Part shown: positions 50,235-58,630 of the stretch, one piece after another
Position numbering within the stretch: position 1 is the first letter of the stretch
How the letters are laid out: every line of letters starts with the position of its first letter
DNA from: Chitinophaga pinensis
GTDB taxonomy: Bacteria; Bacteroidota; Bacteroidia; NS11-12g; UBA9320
DNA: 64,000 nt
Assembly: GCA_945889315.1 (NCBI GenBank)
Contig: CAMDBP010000005.1
Coordinates: 53-64,052, forward strand
Direction of reading: 5' to 3'
The notes under the pieces: model-generated
The model's input: the letters and a program-made list of their open reading frames with translations, nothing else
Told to the model about the DNA's origin: nothing
Database searches by the model: none
Translations under genes and position numbers: made by a program

Positions 50235-51752
50235 TTATAAGCTGTTAATTATTAACTCTTTATCCCAGTTTTCTCGCATTTCGAACGGTGATATAAATAA
50301 TATATGTTCTGGTGAAATATTATTAAAATAATCTCCTGAATCCCAAATTTCATTTTTATTAGTATCCCTAATTAATTGACAAGAATAATTTCCTGGAGGT
50401 AGATTATTGTATATTAAGTCTCTTGAGCTTGTAATGTATTCTGTCTTGTAGGTCGTGTTACCTTTATAAATAGTTAGAATGTAACTGTTAGTATCAATGA
50501 TTATGGTTAGAGTTAAATTGGAGCGGTAGTTCTTAAATGGAAGTATATTATATTTAGATGTTACATTGTTATGTAATAAAACATCAATAATTGCAAATTC
50601 TTCTATTTTTAAGCGATTAGGTAGTAATGAAGAAGAATAGGATAGGGAAACATTGTATTCATTGAAATAAGATGCGGTAATTGGAATTACTGTGCTGTCG
50701 TTGTAAAGCGTAATTAAATTACTATTTATATTATTTATTCTGGTTTTAGAATGTATTTTGACCAAGTTGCTTTCTGCTGAGAAAGTTAAATCTAGAGTAT
50801 GTTTTTTGTTAGCTATAGGATAAGTATGAATAAATGAGTACGGTACAGTGTCAATGTATAGTAAAACACCTAAGGTATCGACGGTAGGAGCAAAATAAGC
50901 CAATATAGTGTCTTTAGAAGTGGTTAAACGATAAGTGGTTAAACTGTCGTTCAAGAACATTTTAATAGAATGATTAAGTGGTTTTTGTAGTGCAATTTTT
51001 ACAACACCAGCTTCTTTGGGTTTTAAGAGAATAGGCGTATAATCAGTGTAATGACGAAATGGAAAGATATGAATTGTATCGTTTGGTTTTAAAGAACTAT
51101 CTAAGTCTTGCGCTAAGGAAATAAACTCATCGTTATCTAAAATTAAGTTTTTGTTTTCATCGCGTAGTGCGATAAGTTTAAATGGTTGTTTGGGTAGGTT
51201 AGTAAAAAGATAGACCCCAATTTCATCTGTTTTAGCAATATAGTCTGGTTTTCTTTGTACCACAACGCTATCGTTTTTAGAGGTATATAATTGAACGTTG
51301 CAATTTTTACAAGGCAGATTAGTTGTTATATCTTTAACATAGCCACCGAAACTACTGGAGTCTAGGTATGAACCGGTAGAAAAAATGTAGGTATAATCCA
51401 GCATAGGATTATTTTCATTAACATCTAGAATGCACCCATTAAATTTAACGGTGTAGGTAGTGTTAGGAATGAGTGTGTCTTTTAGAGTTAAGGTTCCTTG
51501 ATTGCCTTTAGTTTCTAAAGTGGGTTGATAACGTTGTGTAGGCGAAACGAGAAGCAATTCGTTAATGTTGGAGCTCGTAACGTTTTCGCTAAACGTAAAG
51601 CGAAATGAGTTGGTGGTAACATTAAGCGAGCCGCTATCAACGGATGTTTTTATGACTTTAGGGGGTGTAGTATCTTTTTCGCCACCGGTCAAAGTTTGTA
51701 CAGATGCACACGACAAAAACACAGAACAGATTATGAAAAAAAGGCTTTTCAT
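50235..51752 (-). CDS. Ig-like (Big_5-type) domain lipoprotein
   Basis: Lipobox FLSCA, GGEKDTTPP, FTFSE, LIPNTTY, FSTG..LDS; coupled to the mnmG stop. Confidence 0.8.
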   Translation of the reverse strand: MKSLFFIICSVFLSCASVQTLTGGEKDTTPPKVIKTSVDSGSLNVTTNSFRFTFSENVTSSNINELLLVSPTQRYQPTLETKGNQGTLTLKDTLIPNTTYTVKFNGCILDVNENNPMLDYTYIFSTGSYLDSSSFGGYVKDITTNLPCKNCNVQLYTSKNDSVVVQRKPDYIAKTDEIGVYLFTNLPKQPFKLIALRDENKNLILDNDEFISLAQDLDSSLKPNDTIHIFPFRHYTDYTPILLKPKEAGVVKIALQKPLNHSIKMFLNDSLTTYRLTTSKDTILAYFAPTVDTLGVLLYIDTVPYSFIHTYPIANKKHTLDLTFSAESNLVKIHSKTRINNINSNLITLYNDSTVIPITASYFNEYNVSLSYSSSLLPNRLKIEEFAIIDVLLHNNVTSKYNILPFKNYRSNLTLTIIIDTNSYILTIYKGNTTYKTEYITSSRDLIYNNLPPGNYSCQLIRDTNKNEIWDSGDYFNNISPEHILFISPFEMRENWDKELIINSL

Positions 51753-53599
51753 CTACCAAAATGTACAAGTAATACGGAGATGTCGGCGGGACTAACACCG
51801 CTAATTCGAGAAGCTTGACCCACACTTGTAGGTCTTATTGTGTTTAGTTTATCTCGGGCCTCTAAGGAAAGAGATTCTATGGTATTGTAGTTAAACGAGC
51901 TATCTAGTTTATAATGTTCTAGTCGAAGGAGTTTTTCTACGTTTTCTTTTTCACTTTTAATATAGCTGTCGTATTTAAGAAGTATTTCTACTTGTTCAAG
52001 CTCGTCCATGCTATAGGGGCTTAGTATATCACGCATGCTTTCTAATTCTAGTAGGTGGCGATAGTTTATTTGTGGTCTTGATAGAATTTTATCAATAAAA
52101 TAATTTTGAGGAATTTCCGCTGTATTATACTTGGTAAGCATCGGGTTTGCTTCGGCCGGAGTAATGGTTTTAGTTTTGATCAGCTTGGAGAGTTCCAAAA
52201 TATTTTGTTGTTTTAGACGCAGGTTGTTTATTTCGTCTTCTGTAATGGTGCCTAGTTCAAAACCGATCTCCATCAACCTTAAGTCGGCGTTATCTTGTCT
52301 AAGCAGGATTCTATACTCTGCTCTGCTGGTAAACATTCTATAAGGCTCATTGGTTCCTTTGTTCACGAGATCGTCAATAAGAACACCAATATAAGCTTCG
52401 CTTCTGTTTAAAATTAGCGGCGCTTTGTTGCTTAATTTTTGATGCGCATTTATACCCGCTATTAAGCCTTGGCAAGCTGCTTCTTCATATCCTGTAGTAC
52501 CGTTAATTTGTCCAGCAAAGAACAAGTTTTCAATTGCTTTGGTTTCTAGGCTCAAATTAAGCTGAGTTGGGTAGAAAAAATCATATTCAATAGCGTACCC
52601 CGGTCTGAAAATCTTCGCGTTTTCAAACCCTTTAATCTCACGAAGTGCCTGATATTGAATGTTTTGTGGCAAAGAAGTGCTAAAGCCATTGATGTAGGTT
52701 TCACAGGTGTTCCAGCCTTCGGGTTCTACAAATATTTGATGGCGTGTTCGCTCTGCAAATCTGTTAACTTTATCTTCTACAGAGGGACAATAACGAGGGC
52801 CAATTCCTTGTATAGATCCATTGAAAAGCGGGGAATCTTTAAAACCAGATCTCAAAATGTCATGTACTTTTTCGTTGGTGTATGTAATGTGACAACTGTG
52901 TTGCTTGTCTATTTTGGAGGGTTTCCGAAACGAGAAACATTTTGGATCGACGTCACCAGGTTGTTCTTCTAATATTGCATAGTTTATGCTTCTGCCATCA
53001 ACTCTAGGTGGCGTGCCCGTTTTCATTCTTCCGCTATCTAGTCCAAGGGCAAGCAGTTGTTCGGTTATTCCATAAGAAGCCCTGTCTCCCATTCTTCCTC
53101 CAGTGGTTTGTTGGTTTCCAATGTGTATTATACCGTTCATAAAGGTGCCGCTCGTTAGAACGACAGATTTTGCATATAGTTTAACACCCGAACTGGTTTC
53201 CACGCCAATAGCACGAGATTTGTCTATAAGTATTTGGTTTACAGAGTCTTGCACAAAATCAACGTTTGGGTTGCTCTCTAGAATTTCTCGCCACTTTAGG
53301 GAAAACATGATCCGGTCATTTTGAGATCTTGGGCTCCACATAGCAGGACCTTTAGAGGTGTTGAGCATTCTAAATTGCATCATGCTGTAGTCGGACACAA
53401 TAGCTGACATACCGCCAAGAGCGTCAATTTCTCTGATGATTTGTCCTTTAGCCACGCCGCCCATTGCGGGGTTGCATGACATTTTAGCTATGGTTTCCAT
53501 GTTCATGGTAATCATCAGCACCTTAGAACCAAGTTTTCCGGCCACGTGCGCAGCCTCACAACCGGCATGACCCGCACCTACAACAATTAAATCATACAT
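51749..53599 (-). CDS. mnmG: tRNA uridine 5-carboxymethylaminomethyl modification enzyme
   Basis: VVGAGHAGCEAA, MSCNPAMGG, KTGTPPR, GPRYCPS, FTSRAEYR. Alternative GTG start at 53611. Confidence 0.98.
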   Translation of the reverse strand: MYDLIVVGAGHAGCEAAHVAGKLGSKVLMITMNMETIAKMSCNPAMGGVAKGQIIREIDALGGMSAIVSDYSMMQFRMLNTSKGPAMWSPRSQNDRIMFSLKWREILESNPNVDFVQDSVNQILIDKSRAIGVETSSGVKLYAKSVVLTSGTFMNGIIHIGNQQTTGGRMGDRASYGITEQLLALGLDSGRMKTGTPPRVDGRSINYAILEEQPGDVDPKCFSFRKPSKIDKQHSCHITYTNEKVHDILRSGFKDSPLFNGSIQGIGPRYCPSVEDKVNRFAERTRHQIFVEPEGWNTCETYINGFSTSLPQNIQYQALREIKGFENAKIFRPGYAIEYDFFYPTQLNLSLETKAIENLFFAGQINGTTGYEEAACQGLIAGINAHQKLSNKAPLILNRSEAYIGVLIDDLVNKGTNEPYRMFTSRAEYRILLRQDNADLRLMEIGFELGTITEDEINNLRLKQQNILELSKLIKTKTITPAEANPMLTKYNTAEIPQNYFIDKILSRPQINYRHLLELESMRDILSPYSMDELEQVEILLKYDSYIKSEKENVEKLLRLEHYKLDSSFNYNTIESLSLEARDKLNTIRPTSVGQASRISGVSPADISVLLVHFGR

Positions 53600-53603
53600 A
53601 TTA

Positions 53604-53619
53604 AGTTTCACGTGGAACA
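53604..53619. promoter_or_regulatory. parS site
   Basis: aGTTTCACGTGGAACA matches the ParB-binding consensus tGTTtCACGTGaAACa. Confidence 0.85.
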
Positions 53620-54030
53620 GTGCAAATCTAGAAACTGAGTCTCTAGGCTTCTCATTTTTTGCTTTTCTTCGTAGGTGTGATCATCAAAGCCCGCTAGATG
53701 GAGCAGCCCGTGTATACAAACCCGATGTAATTCTTGCCGTGTTGTTTGGTTGTGAAGTATTGCGTTCTCTTGGACACGGTCCCAACTTATAAGTATCTCG
53801 TTTTGCTCTATGTCTTCGTCATCACTATAATCAAACGTTATAATGTCTGTATAGTAGTCGTGATTCAACGAGTTAATGTTAACCTCTAGTAGCTCATCGT
53901 CTGAGACAATGTAATATATGACCGGTTTTACTAGGTTTAGTTCATCAAAAACGAGAGTTAAGCCTGGTGCGTTTAAGGTTTCAAGCACTTCAGAATATTC
54001 CGTTTCAATTTCTATCTTATCTAATGACAT
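53608..54030 (-). CDS. ybeY: rRNA maturation endoribonuclease YbeY
   Basis: HDYYTDIITF and HGLLHLAGFDDH; ATG at 54030. Confidence 0.92.
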   Translation of the reverse strand: MSLDKIEIETEYSEVLETLNAPGLTLVFDELNLVKPVIYYIVSDDELLEVNINSLNHDYYTDIITFDYSDDEDIEQNEILISWDRVQENAILHNQTTRQELHRVCIHGLLHLAGFDDHTYEEKQKMRSLETQFLDLHCST

Positions 54031-55711
54031 TAAGTATTCCTTTTTCGGTTTTTTTCTCTCCCTGAAAGCCGTACAGTTTAACAACGTATATGTATCTATC
54101 TGAGGGTATGATTTGTTCTTTATATGTTAAGTCCCATGCGTGGTCCGTTGGTTTCTGTACCAGGAGCTCGCCCCACCTGTTGTAGACTTGGTAAAATGAT
54201 GTGCTGTGGTCTATTCCTTTCCCTGCAATAATGAAACGGTTATTGTCTCCTCCGGGGTTAACAGCAGTAACTACGTATGAAGTCATGTCGTCTTTAACGC
54301 ACACAGTGTTAGACGAACTTACAGAAGCAGTGTTAAAGCTATTGTTGGGCTTTTCAAATGCAAGAACCCTAAAGCATCCCGATGAATCTTGGTAATCGTT
54401 TGTATTAAAGGTTGCGCTTGAGGTTTGTAAAGTGTTCCACGTGGAACCGTTGTCGTTGCTATGTTGTAACTCATAGTTGCCGACCCCTTCCCTCCATTCT
54501 ATGTATGGGTTGTGAATTAACTTGTCGCCGATTTCAAGCAACATGTTACATGAAATATTGGAAAAAGAAAGGGTAAATCCGCACTTGTCTTGCGCTTCAA
54601 TCCGATAGTAATATTTATTTTGATCGACACTTACTTGATTATCAACATGTTGATAATCAAGAGTATTGCCAATCGGAGTTATTTGAGATTCAGGGAAAAG
54701 TAGATTTTGATTAGTTCCTTTGTGAAGAGTAAATTTCCATGTGTCATTGAGGTCTGTGACTTTGAAACTAACTTCTAGTGTTTCTTGTTTAACGTTTACA
54801 TTGGACAAATAAAGATTGGCTGGTGCGTTAGGCTTTCGGGTTTTAAACGTTAATAGATTTGAGCTGGAAGTGATACTCCTAGCTTTCGTGTATGATCGTA
54901 TATAAAACGAAAGTCGATCTCCAAGGGATAAGTTATTGTAAATAAGTGTATTAGCGCCTCCCGAGGTGGCTGTATGTCGAATGTACACAGAGTTATTAAC
55001 GGATACAAACAGAGTCTGACTATCTATGGTAGACCAACCTTGATAAGGAGTCCAGTTAAAGGAAATTTGTCTTTTGCAACTATCAAGTGTTCCTGTTAGC
55101 CTAGCGGGAACATGGGGCAAAGACAAAACGGAAGAAAGATTGCAGCTGTCGAGGGTCGCTATAACTACAGGAAATGAGGTGGAAGGGTTATAAGATACTG
55201 TAAAGTTGGTGTTTGTGGTTACCCCTATGGAATCCCCATTTCCGGACGAGAAATTATAAATTTTATACAACTTGGTGTCTGGCGATGGGTTTTGCGACCA
55301 ACCTGCTGTTATGTTTTGGGTGGCTAGGTCATAGCTAACGGAGTCTAATTCAAGAGCTTGGGGACGTTGTATATCTATGGCCAATGTTTCAGATTGTAAG
55401 CTATCTAGACCGTCACAAAGTGTATATATGCGAAGGTAATATTGCCACTTAGTGCTGCTGTTGTTAATTTTGTGAGGGTACTCCGATACAGAAAGAAGAG
55501 GTATGGATATAATCTTAGTAAACGCTCCGCCATTATAACTTGCGAAAATGCTATAGTGGGTAAATGACGCACAAGCATCAGAAGGAGGTCTCCAAGAAAT
55601 TGAGACCGTAGAATCTTTTGAGTTAATACAAGCGCGTAAAATCTGAGGGGGGCCAGTAATAGCAAACGATTGTATCGTTAGAAAAAGCAATATGGTAGAT
55701 ATTAATTTCAA
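54017..55711 (-). CDS. Secreted FN3/Ig-like protein with T9SS type B C-terminal domain
   Basis: Signal peptide, FN3-like YYYRIEA, C-terminal VYNRWGE...YIYVV...KGILNVIR. Confidence 0.8.
   Translation of the reverse strand: MKLISTILLFLTIQSFAITGPPQILRACINSKDSTVSISWRPPSDACASFTHYSIFASYNGGAFTKIISIPLLSVSEYPHKINNSSTKWQYYLRIYTLCDGLDSLQSETLAIDIQRPQALELDSVSYDLATQNITAGWSQNPSPDTKLYKIYNFSSGNGDSIGVTTNTNFTVSYNPSTSFPVVIATLDSCNLSSVLSLPHVPARLTGTLDSCKRQISFNWTPYQGWSTIDSQTLFVSVNNSVYIRHTATSGGANTLIYNNLSLGDRLSFYIRSYTKARSITSSSNLLTFKTRKPNAPANLYLSNVNVKQETLEVSFKVTDLNDTWKFTLHKGTNQNLLFPESQITPIGNTLDYQHVDNQVSVDQNKYYYRIEAQDKCGFTLSFSNISCNMLLEIGDKLIHNPYIEWREGVGNYELQHSNDNGSTWNTLQTSSATFNTNDYQDSSGCFRVLAFEKPNNSFNTASVSSSNTVCVKDDMTSYVVTAVNPGGDNNRFIIAGKGIDHSTSFYQVYNRWGELLVQKPTDHAWDLTYKEQIIPSDRYIYVVKLYGFQGEKKTEKGILNVIR
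54433..54448. promoter_or_regulatory. parS site (inside a CDS)
   Basis: TGTTCCACGTGGAACC, containing the perfect 14-bp palindrome GTTCCACGTGGAAC. Confidence 0.8.
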
Positions 55712-55772
55712 ATGTTAGCTATTGTAAGGGATAACGCTATTATTTTGCAAAAATTACGATAAACAATCACGT

Positions 55773-56540
55773 ATGAAAGAAAGAGCGGCAGAAAGAAATG
55801 AAATAGACGAAAATGTGTCAATTGATTTAAGACTCAACAAGTATATCGCCAACACCGGATTGTGCAGTAGAAGGGCGGCTGATAAGCTTATAGAGGAAGG
55901 GCGTGTAAAGGTAAATGGGAAGATAAACACGGAGATGGGAACCAAGGTGACCCTAAATGATAAGGTAGTAGTGGACGGAAACTTGCTTTCAACGGGGGAA
56001 CGATTCTATGTATTGATCAATAAACCACGAAATGTAATTTGCACCACCAAAGACGAAAAGGGTAGAAACGCTATAGTTGATTTGTTACCTGCTAAATTTC
56101 AGCACTTATACCCTGTAGGAAGATTGGACAGAAATACTACTGGAGTTATTCTTATGACCAATGATGGTGTGTTAACTCAAAACCTCTTACACCCTACCAA
56201 AAAAATAAAAAAAATTTACAAGGCAAAAATTGCCACACGATTGACGCAGTTTGAACTGGACAAGCTGGTTTCGGGAATAGAACTAGAAGACGGAATGTGT
56301 AGTTTTGATAAGATTGTTGAGCTACACGAGGATAATGAGTTTAGGTATGGCATAGAAATTCACTCGGGAAAGAATAGGGTAATTCGAAGAATGTTTGAAG
56401 CCATTAACAACGAAGTAGTTAAATTGGACAGGGTAATGTTCCATACGTTTGATAAAAAAGGAGTTCAAAAGGGAATGTGGAGAGAACTTACCGACAAAGA
56501 ACTGAAAGGGCTAGACGTTTATTTAAGAACAAAAAAGTAA
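55773..56540 (+). CDS. RsuA/RluB-family rRNA pseudouridine synthase
   Basis: S4 domain RLNKYIA..G.CSRR, NKP, PVGRLD, GKNRVIRRM. Confidence 0.93.
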   Translation: MKERAAERNEIDENVSIDLRLNKYIANTGLCSRRAADKLIEEGRVKVNGKINTEMGTKVTLNDKVVVDGNLLSTGERFYVLINKPRNVICTTKDEKGRNAIVDLLPAKFQHLYPVGRLDRNTTGVILMTNDGVLTQNLLHPTKKIKKIYKAKIATRLTQFELDKLVSGIELEDGMCSFDKIVELHEDNEFRYGIEIHSGKNRVIRRMFEAINNEVVKLDRVMFHTFDKKGVQKGMWRELTDKELKGLDVYLRTKK

Positions 56541-56550
56541 TTTTGAAGTA

Positions 56551-57444
56551 ATGAAGAAGTATTTTCTGTTTGCAGTTTTGACGTATGTTATGGCGGGTTG
56601 TCAAGAAAGCCTTCCTCCGGTTAACATGGAACTGGTTAAGGGATTGGTGGACGACACAACAATGAGAGTTCCACTAAGCCAGCTTCCACAGGCAGATAAT
56701 AGGGTTTTATTAATTGAAGATGTTACAGGAGTAAGATGCACAGGATGCCCGAATGCTGCCCAAATAGCTGCAGATATTAAAGATAATTCTACGGCCGGAT
56801 CGGTTGTGATTGTTGGAGTATATCCCACTACACCCAAAAGCTTAACAACGTACATTTCTCCATATGAAGATTTATTTTATCAAACACGGTTAACCTCAGA
56901 ACTGAGCCAATTAATAGCTCAAAACGTTTATATGGTAGGTGGAACGCTTCCTGGAGGAGGGTTAAACAGAAAGATTTTGGACGGCAAAATAAACGTTGAT
57001 TATAATACATGGGTAAATTATGCAAACACGCTAAAAAACGTAAAATCAATTGTTAATCTGGAAACGAATCTAAAATTCATAAACGACAGTACCGCTGAGC
57101 TTAAGAGTAGAGCATTATTTGTCGCAGATGCAGAATCTGTTCCCTATGTCACTATTTTCTTAATAGAGGATAATATTAAATATCCTCAGTATTTTTTGGA
57201 TAGCACATCGTACAATTACAAGCATAAACATGTGCTACGAGAGGCTTATACGCCATACAATGGGTTGCCGCTTTTAACAAATGGTTTTACTGCTGCAGAA
57301 AGAGGAGTTGTTGTTGACCAGGAATGGAACTTAGTTATCCCGAAGTATGTTATACAAGAAAATGCAAGTATTGTTATAATGATTAACTATAACGATGGAG
57401 CCAATCAAGAGGTAATACAGTGTCGGGAAATCAAATTGAAGTAG
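56551..57444 (+). CDS. Omp28-related lipoprotein with CxxC motif
   Basis: Lipobox MAGC, VLLIEDVTGVRCTGCP, Y.HKHVLR. Confidence 0.8.
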   Translation: MKKYFLFAVLTYVMAGCQESLPPVNMELVKGLVDDTTMRVPLSQLPQADNRVLLIEDVTGVRCTGCPNAAQIAADIKDNSTAGSVVIVGVYPTTPKSLTTYISPYEDLFYQTRLTSELSQLIAQNVYMVGGTLPGGGLNRKILDGKINVDYNTWVNYANTLKNVKSIVNLETNLKFINDSTAELKSRALFVADAESVPYVTIFLIEDNIKYPQYFLDSTSYNYKHKHVLREAYTPYNGLPLLTNGFTAAERGVVVDQEWNLVIPKYVIQENASIVIMINYNDGANQEVIQCREIKLK

Positions 57445-58325
57445 AGAACGCCGAACTAATCGAAGAGTTTATCGCTACACTTTCTATTGATAGATCTCTC
57501 AGTGAAAACACAGCTAGCGCTTATTTAACAGATATACAAAAGCTCGTTAGCTTTATGCCAAATAAAAAACTGGCAGCGGTAAGTTCATTAGATATAAATG
57601 ATTTCTTATTATTTTTGAGTGACATAGGTTTAAACCCAAGAAGTATAGCCCGGATTATATCCGGTTTAAAATCATTTTATAAAAATCTGGTCATAACGGA
57701 AGTTATTGAACACAACCCACTTCAAACTATTCTATCGCCAAAGTTACCCAAGAAACTTCCTGAAGTGCTTTCGCATGTAGAAATAGAAAGGATGATGTCT
57801 CACATCGATTTTTCTAAAATTGCGGGAGAACGAGACAAGACCATTATTATGCTGATGTATGGAAGTGGTCTTAGGGTATCCGAGCTGACCTCGTTGTCTA
57901 TAAGCGATTTATATTTAGAAGACGGCTTTATTAAAGTACTTGGAAAAGGTGACAAAGAAAGACTGGTTCCTGTGGGGGCCAAAACAATCAAGCAGATTGG
58001 GTATTATATGAGCCATTACCGAAATCACGTGGCGAAAAAAAAAACGAACAACCAGCTAATTTTAAATCAGAAAGGTGATCCGTTGAGCAGAATTACGGTG
58101 TTTAAAGTATTAAAAGACCTTGCAGTAAAGGCTAAAATTAATAAAAACATAAGTCCGCACACCTTGCGCCACTCGTTTGCAACAGTTTTGGTTGAAGCAG
58201 GGGCCGACCTAAGAGCTGTCCAACAGATGTTAGGTCACGAAAGCATAACCACCACCGAAATTTACACGCATCTTGACAAATCATACCTTAAATCGGTAAT
58301 CGAACAATTTCATCCCAGATCATAA
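57420..58325 (+). CDS. xerD: Tyrosine recombinase XerD
   Basis: LSENT..AY..D, GLRVSEL, GKGDKERLVP, HTLRHSFAT, LGHESITTTEIY, HPR C-terminus. Confidence 0.9.
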   Translation: MSGNQIEVENAELIEEFIATLSIDRSLSENTASAYLTDIQKLVSFMPNKKLAAVSSLDINDFLLFLSDIGLNPRSIARIISGLKSFYKNLVITEVIEHNPLQTILSPKLPKKLPEVLSHVEIERMMSHIDFSKIAGERDKTIIMLMYGSGLRVSELTSLSISDLYLEDGFIKVLGKGDKERLVPVGAKTIKQIGYYMSHYRNHVAKKKTNNQLILNQKGDPLSRITVFKVLKDLAVKAKINKNISPHTLRHSFATVLVEAGADLRAVQQMLGHESITTTEIYTHLDKSYLKSVIEQFHPRS

Positions 58326-58630
58326 TGATAATATACAACGTAACCTTAAGTATTCACCCAGAAATAGAGCAGGATGTTTTACTATGGCTAAAAGAGATCC
58401 ATATACCTGAAGTAATGCAGACTAACCTGTTTTTGGAAAACCACATTTTTAAGATAATTGAGGACCCCAATGAGCGAACACACAATTCGTATGCTGTACA
58501 ATATAAATTAGATTCTTGGTCAAAGTTTGAAGAGTACAATGAAAAACACGCATCCGGATTAAGGGAAAAGACTAAAGAAAAATTTGGAGAGAACGTTTTG
58601 TCGTTTAGAACGTTTTTGGAAAAAATATAG
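58325..58630 (+). CDS. DUF4286 family protein
   Basis: MIIYNVT, WLKEIHIPEVM, YAVQY, KFG...FRT. Confidence 0.85.
   Translation: MIIYNVTLSIHPEIEQDVLLWLKEIHIPEVMQTNLFLENHIFKIIEDPNERTHNSYAVQYKLDSWSKFEEYNEKHASGLREKTKEKFGENVLSFRTFLEKI

Noticed and set aside
49832-51752. AT-rich stretch as a horizontally acquired island
   Set aside because: Better explained by oriC plus a lipoprotein gene coupled to mnmG; no mobility genes.
58021-58038. Other CACGTG cores (here, about 39336, about 53543) as parS sites
   Set aside because: They lack the GTT...AAC arms.
57420-58325. Tyrosine recombinase as a mobile-element integrase
   Set aside because: Length and motifs fit housekeeping XerD in an operon; no att repeats or cargo genes.
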